A stretch of 64,000 nucleotides of DNA from Raja brachyura. Its lineage: Eukaryota. The first letter of the stretch is position 1; the number at the start of each line of letters is the position of its first letter. Below are positions 27,101-38,278 of the stretch, one piece after another. Below the pieces are notes generated by a model. It searched no databases. It saw nothing but the letters and a program-made list of their open reading frames with translations, and had not been told where the DNA came from. The DNA is taken from NCBI GenBank assembly GCA_963514005.1, contig OY740798.1, forward strand, positions 10,044,001 to 10,108,000, in the 5' to 3' direction. The translations under genes were made by a program, and so were the position numbers.

Positions 27101-30100
27101 TACCTTCCTCTCACCTGCTGCACCTCATTTTTTGCTTTCATCATCTTGTGTCCTTTGACACTCAATGTCATTACCTTTCTTAGTCTGTCACTCTTTAGAT
27201 AATCTATCCTTCTGTTTTTGAAACCAAAGTAGATGACTTAATCCACATTAACCTCAATCTGCCCCGCATTTGCCCACTTGCCCAAATCGTCTAAATCACA
27301 TTGGAGCCTGTTTGTGCATCTTGCTCGCAGCTCGTGTTATCTCATCGCCTCCAACTTTGTGCTATCTGCCAATGTTATATTTAGTTCCCTTGTCCAAATC
27401 ATTGATCCAAATTAAAAAACATAGAAACATAGAAAAATAGGTGCAGGAGTAGGCCATTCGGCCCTTCGAGCCTGCACCGCCATTCAATGTGATCATGGCT
27501 GATCATCCAACTCAGTATCCCGTACCTGCCTTCTCTCCATACCCCCTGATCCCTTTAGCCACAAGTGCCACATCTAACGCCCTCTTAAATATAGCCAATG
27601 AACTGGCCTCAACTACCTTCTGTGGCAGAGAATTCCAGAGACTCACCACTCTCTGTGTAAAGAAGGTTTTCCTCATCTCGGTCCGAAAGGAATTCCCCCT
27701 TATCCTTAGACTGTGACCCCTTGTTCTGGACTCCCCCAACATCGGGAACAATCTTCCAGCATCTAGCTTGTCCAACCCCTTAAGAATTTTGTAAGTTTCT
27801 ATAAGATCCCCCCTCAATCTTCTAAATTCCAGCGAGTACAAGCCGAGTCTATCCAATCTTTCCTCATATGAAAGTCCTGACATCCCAGAAAACATCTGGG
27901 ACACAAGCATTGTTCTCTGCGTTTCCTCGTTACTACTGCCTGTCCCGCAGAAATTAAATAGTTTACTCCTGCTCCCTGTTTCATTTCAACCAATCTCACT
28001 CATACCAGTTCCATGTGCTTCATAGTGATAGTCATAGTGAAAGTCAGCATGAAAACAGGCCCTTCAGCCCAACTTGTCCGTGTCGATCAAGGGCCCCCAT
28101 CTACACTAGTGCCACTTGTCTGCGTTTGGCCCATATCCCTCTAAACCATACCCTATCCATGTGCCTGTCCAAATGTCTTTTAAATATCATTTTAGTATCT
28201 GTCCCAATTACCATCTCAAGAGAGTTCAAGAGACATTTATTATCACATGCACCAATTGGTACAGTGAGATTTGAATTACCAAACAGTCATAGGAATAAAA
28301 AGAACACAATACACGATAGAATTTAACATTAACATCCCCACACAGCAGAATCAACGTTTCCCACTGTGAGGGAAGGCAATAAAGTTTGGTCCTCTTCCTC
28401 TGGCAGCTCGTTCATATACCCACCACCCTCTGTGTGAAAAACGTGCCCCTTAGATTCCTATTACATTTTTCCCCTCTCACCTTAAATTTGTGATCTCTGG
28501 TCTATTCCCCTCATAATCATATACACTGTTATAAGATCATCCTTCTGCACTCCAAGGCATGAAGTCCTCGCCTGCCCACCCTCTCCCTATAGCTCGCGCC
28601 CTGAAATTTTGGAAACATCTTTGTAAATCTTCTCTGCACTCTTTCCAGCTTAACAACATCCTTCCTGAGTTACTCCAGCGCTGTCTTTTTTTGCAAGCCA
28701 GCATTTGCAACTCCTTGATTCTACGCCTTGTAGTTCGTAGTGTTTATCAGGTACAGTGTAAATGCAGAGAAGGGTTCGCTGGGTTTGGCCACAGTTCCAG
28801 CACAAGCTGTTAACTGCCCCCAGAGAATCATGAATTTATAGAATTCTCTGCCTCAGAGGGCAGTGGAGGCCAATTCACTGAATGCATTCAAAAGAGAGTT
28901 AGATAGAGCTCTCCGGGATAGCGGAATCAAGGGATATGGGGGAAAGGCAGGAACGGGGTACTAATTGTGGATGATTAGCCATGATCACATTGAATGGCAG
29001 TGCTGGCTCGAAGGGCTGAATGGCCTACTCGTGCACCTATTATCTATGTATTTTGTTTGCATTTCAGAGGACAACAACACTAGAGTTCTGTTTGAGCGCG
29101 TTCTGACCTCTGGGTCCTTGCCACCGGAGAAATCTGGGTAATAACCTCTGCTCTTCAACTTTAAATTGTCAAGTTAAATATTAATGTTTTACTGTGCTTT
29201 AAAATTGTGTTCAGTATATGCGGAACAATTGTTGAGAGGCTTATTAGAAATTCTCATAGGTAGCATGAGCCTTGAATTAATTATACAGGAACAAAGCTTA
29301 AAACAATAGCATTGGCATGGGTTTAGGATGAAATCTAAATTTCAGAATAAGAACATTTCTTAGAATCATAAAGCATGGAAACAGGCCCTCGGCCAATGCC
29401 GACCAGGATGTCCCTTCTAAGATAGTCCCACCTGCTCGCGTTTGGTCACTATCCCTCTAAACCTTTCTTATCCATATACCTTTCCAAATGTCTTATAAAC
29501 ACTGTTATTGTACCTGCCTCAACTATCTCCTCTGGCAGCTCCTTAAATCAATCCCCTCTCACCTTGCACCTATGCCTTCTCGTTCTTCATTCCCCTACCC
29601 TGGGAAATAGACCGCGATGCATTCGCCCTATCTATTCCCCTCCTGATCTTGTACACTTTTTTAATTTACAAACACTAATTTTTATTTCCTCAAGATAAGA
29701 ATTTAAAAATATGTTTTTCCTAGGGAATGCGATTTCACACAGTTAAAATTATTATTTGTATACAATCTCCTTGATTTTACTGAGCTATTCGTATCCTGCA
29801 CTGCCTCCTTCAGTGCTGGTAAGCTTTCCCCAAGAGAGTCAGAATGAATGAAGCCGGTTCAGATAACAAATTAGGAAATGTAAATCCAAACTCAACTCTT
29901 ATACAGACTGCAAACTAAAGATCAGGATTTATTAAGGAATGATGATATAAATATAAAAACAAAAGCTTTGAAGATTTTATTTTCTTAAATATCACTGCTA
30001 AAAATTCTAAGAACATAAGAACTAGGAGCAGGGCCGGTTTCAGCATTCAGTATGTCCTGGCTGATCTGATCCTGACTTCAGCACTTTGCTACTCCATCTT

Positions 30101-33100
30101 ATAATAATTGTTTGGCGTTAGTCAAAAAACAATAAGTCCTGAATATACTAAATGAATATGCGTCTGTAGCACTGTGAATGGAGTAATTTCCTTCAATGTT
30201 ATCGTTATTCCCGTCTTTCTGCACCAAATGCACTGGTGTAAGGTTCCTGTTCAGGATGTAAATGCTAGAGGGGAACTAATTGATCACCGTTTGTTGTTAT
30301 TCCTGCAACAGCCTCGGAGTAGTTCTCATCGCTTTCACATTTTCCTAGAACTCATCTACTGAGTTATAACCTAGTTTGTGAAATATGAATATTTGGTTAC
30401 AACAAATAGACAAGCCTAATTTTTTTTTTTTAACTGCTCTGCCGTGCCTTTTATATGACTGTTCAATAGAACATAGAATAGTACAGCATAGAATGAGGCC
30501 CTTCGGCCCACAATGTCTTTGCCAAGCACCATACGAAGTTAAACTAATATCCTTTGCCTGCTCGTGATCCATATCCCTCCATTTCCTGCATATCCATGTG
30601 CCTATCCAAAAGTCTGCCTCCACCCCTGCCAGTACTTTCCAGGCATCCACCGCTTGCCCCACGCATCTTTTAAATGTTGCCCTCTCAACTTAAAGCTATG
30701 CTTAAAGACATTTCCACCCTGGAGAAAATAAAAAATCTCTCATGATTTTTTAATATATTTCTATCAGGTCTCCCCTCAGCTTCTGACGCTCCAGAGAAAA
30801 CAATCCAGATTTACCCACCCCCTCCTCATGGCCAATACAATGCCTCGGACAACCTAAACGATGAAATTCAAATAATTCTGCCCACGTTACCCTTGTCTCC
30901 GTCAATCCATCCTGGCAGTGCGTCACCAAACTGCTTGTGATGTTTTAAGGAGGGATATGAAGGGAAGGAATCATTGTTATTTCATTGTTTTGATAAAGTG
31001 CCCAGAGAAAAACTGGTTTGTCTGGCAGAAGCTGGCCAATCAGAAAATGGAGCAAGATGAGAATTTTAATTACTTTTCACAGCTAAGTTGTGCTACACCA
31101 CACCTTGTAAATTGAACAATTGAATCGGGTGATATTGTAACATGCAACAATAGTTAGACAAGAGCTGTACAATTGGTGGAGGAGAGAGCAAGGGGTTGGG
31201 ATTAACTGGACATTTATTTCAAAGAACCAGCATAGAATCTCCTGTAGGTCATAAAAACATAGAAACATAGAAATTAGGTGCAGGAGTAGGCCATTCAGCC
31301 CTTCGAGCCTGCACCGCCATTCAATATGATCATGGCTGATCATCCAACTCAGTATCCCATACCTGCCTTCTCTCCATACCCTCTGATCCCCTTAGCCACA
31401 AGGGCCACATCTAACTCCCTCTTAAATATAGGCAATGAACTGGCCTCAACTACCCTCTGTGGCAGAGAGTTCCAGAGACCCACCACTCTCTGTGTGAAAA
31501 AAGTCCTTCTCATCTCGGTCCTAAACGATTTTCCCCTTATCCTTAAGCTGTGACCCCTTGTCCTGGACCTCCCCAACATCGGGAACAATCTTCCTGCATC
31601 TAGCCTGTCCAACCCCTTAAGAATTTTGTAAGTTTCTATAAGATCCCCGCTCAATCTCCTAAATTCTAGAGAGTATAAACCGAGTCTATGCAGTCTTTGT
31701 TCATAAGACAGTCCTGACATCCCAGGAATCAGTCTGGTGAACCTTCTCTGCACTCCCTCTATGGCAAGGTCATTGAACATCTCCTAAGTTACATTATGTA
31801 CATTTTGTGGATATGTTTTGCATGACATTTGGTTCAAATTTTGCCTACTGCTCAGTGTGTTTGAAGGGTAGAATTGGAGACTCGCTGCTGGTAAAACAGT
31901 TTGATTCGCAATATGTGCTACATTCTGTTGCCAACATGACTTACCCAAAGTCTTGGATGACTGTGATGTTTGTTTCCAACATCTTTGGGTTAAGAAGTGT
32001 CAAGCATCTGCGAGGAATGAGCAAGAAGCCCACATGGGTCGAGTTAGATGACACCCTAATTGTTGTTTCTCTCTCTTTCTGTTTGTCAAATGTTACAGTG
32101 AGATCTGGGCACGATTTCTGGCTTTTGAAAGTAACATTGGAGACCTGGCCAGTATTCTGAAAGTGGAAAAGAGGAGGTTTGCTGCTTTTAAGGAGGAATA
32201 TGAAGGAAAGGAAACTGCATTGTTGGTGGACCGATATAAGTTCATGGACCTCTTCCCCTGTTCAAACAGTGAACTTAAAGCTCTTGGATATAAGGTAGTT
32301 CCTAGTCAATGTCATACTATTTTTTTAAGGTTGGCGCTCGTGTGAAGGATATTGAATTCAATATCTTTCAGGACAACTAATGTTCACCAGGGAAAATAAT
32401 CTGCAAATCTGTCCAGATGCAAGTCCAGTTCCTCAGCAATGTGGTGTTAACCTCCCCATGCTGTTAAGGTTTTGGTCACGCCAGGAGTTTTAGCCGGTAG
32501 CAAAGAAGGATTGATTTCTCCAAGAGTTAAGATGGTGTGCGAGTTAAATTGGACAATCTGAAGGTGGTCAAATTACTGAATAGCAGACAAGACAATAATT
32601 ATAGTCTGAAGAAGGGTCCCAAAACATCACCTATCTATGTTCTCCAGAGATGCTGCTTGACCTGCTGAGTTACTCCAGCACTTTGTGTCTTTTTTCAGTA
32701 AACCAGCATTTGCAGTTCAATGTTATGACAATAATTTATGGTGATCGGTTAGTATTGCCGTGCTAAATAAAGTGATTTCCCTGCTAACAGGACGTCTCTC
32801 GATCCAAGATGACGAACATTATCCCTGACCCCATAGTGACCCCTTCCACTGTAACCATAATGAAGGATGAAATTGACCGAAAGCCGGAGTATCCAAAACC
32901 TGACACAAGCCAGATGATCCCGTTCCAGCCCCGACACCTAGCACGTGAGTGACCTTGTGTTGGTTTTGTACTGACGGTGGATTTTAATGTAGGAAAATAC
33001 TTACTGGGTTCACTGATAAAACAAATAGCAAGGTGACATGTAGAAACCACGTTGCTTAATTACCTTGACTGTAGTTAACACTTGAGCGTTCTCTGTCTTT

Positions 33101-36100
33101 GTACAGCCCCTGGTCTCCATCCTGTCCCAGGAGGAGTGTTTCCTGTACCCCCAGCTTCCGTGCTGCTTATGAAACTGTTACCTCCACCAACGTGTTTCCA
33201 GGTCAGTACACAAAAGCATCTCATTCCTAATTCCGGTGTTGCCATTTTGGCTTTGGGTGGTAGTGGACTGGGTGTCCATTATTCACCCATCTTATTCTTG
33301 AATATTTATGTGGGGAACACATGTCAAACGTCGCGGGAATCTGGGAGGACTGGCCCGATACTGTCTCTTTTACTTGGTCACCAAAGTCAGGGCAGCCCCT
33401 GAAAAATTCAACAATTTTTCAGCCAGCTATCTGCTCTCTTGTCAGGGAGAAGTTCTGCTGGCAGAATGGATCTGCCTTTGTAGCCAATTCCATTATAAAG
33501 CCTTCACAGACCAACTAATCTTTTAACCTAATTTGCTAGTTCATTTTTGCCAGTCTGCATCATGCCCTGACAATTGTTCATATTTCAGTTTAAAATAGTG
33601 GTCTTGGGGCTATTCTCCTCTCCATCAAACTGAATATAAAATTCAATCACATTGTGCTCAGCTCATTTGGTTATTTACTGGCAGTCCTGGCACACTACAC
33701 TTCCCTCACAGGCTGGTGCTGGCATCCACTAAAGAGCTGCTGGGTGGGCTTTGATTCTTTTTAAACGCCAAGTCACGGACGTCAAAACTGCAGCGGCCAA
33801 GTATGGATGAATTTCATCAGGTCTAATCCCCCCTTTAACTCCTGCTTTAAATTAACTTTTACATCCTGCTAAGCTGCATATATTATAGACAGATTTACTG
33901 AACAATGGGTTTCTTGGACTTCGGGTCCTGTCAGTGAGCAAAGGATCTCGATGGACCTGGTATGCAGTCTTCACACTCGACAGGGAGGGAAGCCAGGTCT
34001 TGAAGCACATATATCTTTCCCACTGCAACATCAGTTCCATATTCTTGTCAATTCCATTTTAGACCATGTCTTCTTGTGGTGAGTTGGACGCTGATATAAA
34101 GTACGGAGATAGAGCTTGAGGAGTACGGTGACAGGGAATAGGCTCTTTCTACCTGGGATTGTTTGCTTTAGTACGTCGGAGCTTGAGCGGAGACCCGATA
34201 GAAGTACTTAAAATGATGAGAAGCAGAGATAGGGTAGATAGTCAGAAACCTTTACCCCGGGGTGGAAATGTCAAAGACAAAGGGCATAGCTTTACGATGA
34301 GGGGGCACATTTTTAAGGAGGGGTGGTGAGTGCCTGGAACGCACTGCCTGGCATGGTAGTGGAGGCAGATATGATGGTGGCATTTGAGAGGCTTGTAGAT
34401 AGGCACTTGGATATGCGGGGAATGGAGGGATATTGATCATAGATGAGTTTATCATGGCCTCATGTTCAGCACAGGCACTGTGGGCCGAAGGGCCTATTCC
34501 TATGCTGTACTGCACTATGTTCCCTAGTACTGAAATTACTCTGTCTTTGTCACATCATGATTGTATTTGGAAACTTCCTTCCCACAGGGCCCATTTGTTC
34601 AAGTTGATGAACTAATGGAAGTTTTGCGACGCTGCCAATTACCAGACAGTAAGTAGTGTTCTTTGCTTTTATTTTGCGATTCTCTGGTGAACAGCCAATG
34701 TTCAGAATGTGTTCGCAGAATACACTCCTAACTGTGAAAATGCAGAGAAATAGAGGCTCGCTTATCAACACCTTCTTCTAAAATTGTCCTGCTGTTCTTG
34801 TGCAAGTGTTTAAAATAAATTAATTTTGTTCAGGTGAAGTTGTTACCGACATTTCCCATAGACACAAAATGCTGGAGTGCCTCATCTGTAGATGCTGCCT
34901 GACTTGCTGAGTTACTCCAGCATTTTGTATCTACCTTCAGTATAAACCAACATCTGCAGTTTCTTCCTATACTGACATTTCCCAATGCAAATTGCCTTTG
35001 ACTTGTGCTGGCAAGTTGGTTTCTCAAATTGTGGAAGCCTGTGTGTAAAACATGCTCTGTCAACGGTTATCCAAGGAGGTTGCAGGATTTTGACTATGTT
35101 GAGGCAAAAGAATGTATTCAAGTGTTCTGAAAGTAACCTGACATAGAAACATAGAAATTAGGTGCTGGAGTAGGCCATTCGGCCCTTCGAGCCTGCGCCT
35201 ACTGATCACCAACTCAGTATGCCGTACCTGCCTTCTCTCCATACCCTCTGATCCCCTTAGCCACAAGGGCCACATCTAACTCCCTCTTAAATATAGCCAA
35301 TGAACTGGCCTCAACTACCCTCTGTGGCAGAGAGTTCCAGAGACTCACCACTCTGTGTGTGAAAAAAGTCTTTCCCATCTCGGTCTTAAAGGATTTCCCC
35401 CTTATCCTTAAGCTGTGACCCCTTGTCCTGGACTTCCCCAACATCGGGAACAATCTTCCTGCATCTAGCCTGTCCAACCCCTTAAGAATTTTGTAAGTTT
35501 CTATAAGATCCTCTCTCAATCTCCTAAATTTTAGAGAGTATAAAAACCGAGTCTATCCAGTCTTTCTTCATAAGACAGTCCTGACATCCCAGGAATCAGT
35601 CTGGTGAACCTTCTCTGCACTCCCTCTATGGCAATAATGTCCTTCCTCAGATTTGGAGATCAAAACTGTATGCAATACTCCAGGTGTGGTCTCACCAAGA
35701 CCCTGTACAACTGAAGTAGAACCTCCCTGCTCTTATACTCAAATCCTTTTACTATGAAAGCTAACATAACATTTGCTTTCTTCACTGCCTGCTGCACCTG
35801 CATGCCTACTTTCAATGACTGGTGTGCCATGACACCCAGGTCTCGCTGCATCTCCCCTTTTCCTAATCGGCCACCATTTAGATAATAGTCTGATTTCCTG
35901 TTTTTTCCACCAAAGTGGATAACCTCACATTTATCCACATTATACTGCATCTGCCAAACATTTGCCCACTCACCCAGCCTATCCAAGTCACCTTGCAGTC
36001 TCCTCGTATCCTCCTCACAGCGAACACTGCCCCCCAGCTTAGTGTCATCCGCAAACTTGGAGATATTACCTTCAATTCCCTCATCCAGATCGTTAATATA

Positions 36101-37596
36101 TATTGTAAATAGCTGTCGTCCCAGCACTGAGCCTTGCGGTACCCCACTAGTCACTGCCTGCCATTGTGAAAAGGACCCGTTTACTCCTACTCTTTGCTTC
36201 CTGTTTGCCAGCCAATTCTCTATCCACATCAATACTGAACCCCCAATGCCGTATGTTTTAAGTTTGTATACTAATCTCTTATGTGGGACCTTGTCATAAG
36301 CCGTCTGGAAGTCCAGATACACCACATCCACTGGTTCTCCCCCATCCACGCTACTAGTTACATCCTTGAAAAATTCCACAAGATTCGTCAGCATTATTTA
36401 CCTTTCGTAAATCCATGCTGACTTTGTCCAATGATTTCACCACTTTCCAAATGTGCTGCTATCCCATCTTTAATAACTGACTCTAGCAGTTTCCCCACTA
36501 CCGATGTTAGACTAACTGGTCTGTAATTCCCCATTTTCTCTCTCCCTCCCTTCTTAAAAAGAGGGGTTACGTTTGCTACCCACCAATCCTCAGGAACTAC
36601 TCCAGAATATAAAGAGTTTTGAAAGATTATCACTAATGCATCCACTATTTCCGGAGCTACTTCCTTAAGTACTCTAGGATGCAGCCTATCTGGCCCTGGG
36701 GATTTATCGGCCTTTAATCCATTCAATTTACCCAACACCACTTCCCGACTAACCTAGATTTCCCTCAATTCCTCCTTTGACCTGCGGTCCCTTGCTATAT
36801 CCGGCAGATTATTTATGTCTTCCTTAGTGAAGATGGAACCAAAGTAGTTATTCAATTGGTCCGCCATATCCTTGTTCCCCATGATCAACTCACCTGTTTC
36901 TGACTGCAAGGGACCTACATTTGTTTTAACTAATCTCTTTCTCTTCACATATCTTATAAAAACTGACCATTGGAGAGTTTTACCTTTAGGGGCAAACTGA
37001 TGCAGAGGCTTTATTGATCATGGATTTCTCCTACCACAAACAAGAAAACATTTGAATCCTCAGCCTATAGGTTCAGCTCCATTCATTTAGAGTAAGGTTA
37101 AGATTAGGTGTGGATTGTGACCATTCCCATATCTTGCAGGTGGTATTTTGAGATGAACACGAGGCAATACATGTAAATGCAGAACCCAACATTCCTGCCA
37201 GCAATATTTTAGTGCAAAAGACTGGCAGCCACCTCAACATTTATTTTAATGACAAGCCACTGATGGTCTTGATAACACTTCCATCTCTACCATCCCCCAC
37301 ACCCCCTATCACCACCACCAAGGATGACTTCATTGAATCATCATTGAAGGATGGGTTTATTAAACTATGCTTTTTTAATTTTTTTTTTAGCTGTTGAACA
37401 AGCTGTTGAATTGATCACTGGAGGCCAACCAGAAACTGTTGCTGAAGGAAATGGACCTATAGAAAATGATGCAGTGATGAAAAAGCCCTTGAAGAGGGCA
37501 GCAAATGAAGATTCTGATGAAGAGGAGGAAAAGGGTGCAGTGGCGCCTCCAGTGCATGACATTTACAGAGCTCGCCAGCAGAAACGAGTCCGGTAA
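15139..37596 (+). CDS. CSTF3: Cleavage stimulation factor subunit 3 (CstF-77), 5'-partial; 18 coding exons (human exons 4-21), 643 aa in window
   Basis: Spliced exons 15139-15171,16705-16802,16925-16991,17088-17122,17238-17364,18803-18880,19292-19454,20859-20968,22876-22992,23108-23182,24374-24517,24934-25036,29068-29137,32099-32294,32791-32944,33107-33201,34588-34648,37391-37596. All introns are GT-AG with consistent phases. The translation [29 protein letters not shown]...[16 protein letters not shown] matches vertebrate CstF-77 (HAT repeats) as recalled. Confidence 0.97.
16705..16802 (+). CDS. CSTF3: CSTF3 exon 5 ([33 protein letters not shown])
   Basis: tctcag|TTA...AA|gtaaga. Confidence 0.95.
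16925..16991 (+). CDS. CSTF3: CSTF3 exon 6 ([22 protein letters not shown])
   Basis: ttgcag|A...CAA|gtaatt. Confidence 0.95.
17088..17122 (+). CDS. CSTF3: CSTF3 exon 7 ([12 protein letters not shown])
   Basis: ttccag|ATA...GT|gtaagt. Confidence 0.95.
17238..17364 (+). CDS. CSTF3: CSTF3 exon 8 ([11 protein letters not shown]...YNKYEE)
   Basis: tcacag|G...GAG|gtaaaa. Confidence 0.95.
17852..18390 (-). mobile_element. CR1 LINE 3' fragment
   Basis: Reverse CR1 tail (catagaaca...) and RT C-terminal remnant. Confidence 0.75.
18803..18880 (+). CDS. CSTF3: CSTF3 exon 9 ([26 protein letters not shown])
   Basis: ccacag|GGC...AAG|gtaagt. Confidence 0.95.
18950..19245 (+). mobile_element. HE1-like V-SINE
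   Basis: Same head, V-domain and tail as the 5047 copy; ends ctctaaactaaa. Confidence 0.8.
19292..19454 (+). CDS. CSTF3: CSTF3 exon 10 ([11 protein letters not shown]...TLITKR)
   Basis: ctgcag|GAA...CGAG|gtgagg. Confidence 0.95.
19871..20695 (+). mobile_element. Young 5'-truncated CR1 LINE with open ORF2 C-terminus (245 aa)
   Basis: [14 protein letters not shown]...[14 protein letters not shown]...[15 protein letters not shown], uninterrupted. Confidence 0.92.
20859..20968 (+). CDS. CSTF3: CSTF3 exon 11 ([10 protein letters not shown]...LLAEKG)
   Basis: ttgtag|TT...GGG|gtaaga. Confidence 0.95.
21147..21756. mobile_element. PIF/Harbinger-type MITE
   Basis: Perfect 22-bp TIRs TGGGCCTGTCCCACTTAGGCGA / TCGCCTAAGTGGGACAGGCCCA with a TTA TSD (21144-6, 21757-9); no transposase. 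Confidence 0.88.
22701..22833 (+). mobile_element. PLE-derived mini-element with hammerhead-like core (22702-22729)
   Basis: CTGAAGAAGGGTCTCGACCCGAAACGTC...agcatctgcagttccttcctaca. Confidence 0.7.
22876..22992 (+). CDS. CSTF3: CSTF3 exon 12 ([10 protein letters not shown]...YADYEE)
   Basis: ttgcag|GAC...GAA|gtaagt. Confidence 0.95.
23108..23182 (+). CDS. CSTF3: CSTF3 exon 13 ([25 protein letters not shown])
   Basis: tttaaag|AGT...CTG|gtgagt. Confidence 0.95.
23860..24090 (+). mobile_element. Old Penelope GIY-YIG C-terminal remnant
   Basis: Translates [18 protein letters not shown]...AQRKLEE, homologous to the 58.7 kb copy. Confidence 0.6.
24374..24517 (+). CDS. CSTF3: CSTF3 exon 14 ([11 protein letters not shown]...MEYYCSK)
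   Basis: ttcaag|GTT...AAG|gtgcgt. Confidence 0.95.
24934..25036 (+). CDS. CSTF3: CSTF3 exon 15 ([12 protein letters not shown]...YLSHLN)
   Basis: tttcag|GAC...AATG|gtaaga. Confidence 0.95.
27417..27888 (-). mobile_element. CR1 LINE 3' end with (GTTTCTAT)n tail
   Basis: ORF 27512-27910 [30 protein letters not shown]. Confidence 0.92.
28830..29049 (+). mobile_element. CR1 LINE 3' tail
   Basis: Reverse-complement homolog of the 27417, 31253 and 35141 copies. Confidence 0.8.
29068..29137 (+). CDS. CSTF3: CSTF3 exon 16 ([24 protein letters not shown])
   Basis: tttcag|AG...GG|gtaata. Confidence 0.95.
31253..31766 (-). mobile_element. CR1 LINE 3' end
   Basis: ORF 31349-31780; apparent AGGTCAT TSD (31246-52, 31767-73). 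Confidence 0.92.
32099..32294 (+). CDS. CSTF3: CSTF3 exon 17 ([14 protein letters not shown]...KALGYK)
   Basis: ttacag|T...AAG|gtagtt. Confidence 0.95.
32791..32944 (+). CDS. CSTF3: CSTF3 exon 18 (DVSRSK...PFQPRHLA)
   Basis: taacag|GAC...GCAC|gtgagt. Confidence 0.94.
33107..33201 (+). CDS. CSTF3: CSTF3 exon 19 ([16 protein letters not shown]...PTCFQ)
   Basis: gtacag|CC...CAG|gtcagt. Confidence 0.95.
34588..34648 (+). CDS. CSTF3: CSTF3 exon 20 ([20 protein letters not shown])
   Basis: ccacag|GGC...GACA|gtaagt. Confidence 0.95.
35141..36953 (-). mobile_element. CR1 LINE, 5'-truncated ORF2 (RT) with frameshifts
   Basis: ORFs 36394-36741, 35660-36394 ([18 protein letters not shown]) and 35214-35519. 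Confidence 0.95.
37391..37596 (+). CDS. CSTF3: CSTF3 exon 21, last coding exon (TVEQAVE...RQQKRVR*)
   Basis: ttttag|CT; stop TAA at 37594-37596. Confidence 0.95.
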
Positions 37597-38126
37597 AAAT
37601 CCACCAGCAGCCGTTTCACGTCCTGAAGGAACTGAATGTCATTCTTAAAACGTCAGGAAATGAGCTGTGTCTTCACTTGCCGGTGGAAACGAGACTGTGC
37701 TTTCACTGTTGTGCCTCATTCGAGTAAGGTAGCTCATCTGAACAGAAAAAAAATGGATAAAACCTGGCTTCTTCTGTGCGAAAGGTTGCATTTTTGAGGA
37801 GGCTTTCATTTGGGCAGAATACTTTGGTCTTGAACACCAGGCACTGCAACGTATGCACAGACAGTGCAAACATTTCAACTACAGCCTAGTTCCATGCAAG
37901 TCTGCTACGACAATGCAGCTTGTGAATCTTTGTGATTTTGATTTATTTGTGTTTCATTTTTTTAAAAACTGGATGGTGCAAATACAAGGGAAGGTATTTT
38001 AATATCCCACAGAACTATTATACCACTGTCCTGTTACGTCACGTGGTTACCTGCCAAGTCTCATTTTACCATTATTTATGGCAACCCGTTTCCTTTTGTA
38101 ATTTGAGAGCCTGAACACATCTTTGT

Positions 38127-38132
38127 AATAAA
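38127..38132 (+). terminator. Probable CSTF3 poly(A) signal AATAAA
   Basis: AATAAA about 530 nt after the stop, with TGTA motifs upstream and a backup ATTAAA at 38146-38151. Confidence 0.65.
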
Positions 38133-38272
38133 GACATAAAATGCAATTAAACTTCAGACTCTTGCTTCATGGGTTTATGCTATCTTGGCAAATACATTTC
38201 AAGGGTCTTTTCCATGTTGTTATGCCTTAAACAGTAGACGTAACTGGATATTATTCGAATTGAATTGATTGT

Positions 38273-38278
38273 TTTATT
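38273..38278 (-). terminator. Candidate distal poly(A) signal of TCP11L1 (others at 38572, 39670, 40653)
   Basis: AATAAA on the - strand at the end of a ~2.9 kb repeat-poor AT-rich stretch downstream of the stop. Confidence 0.35.
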
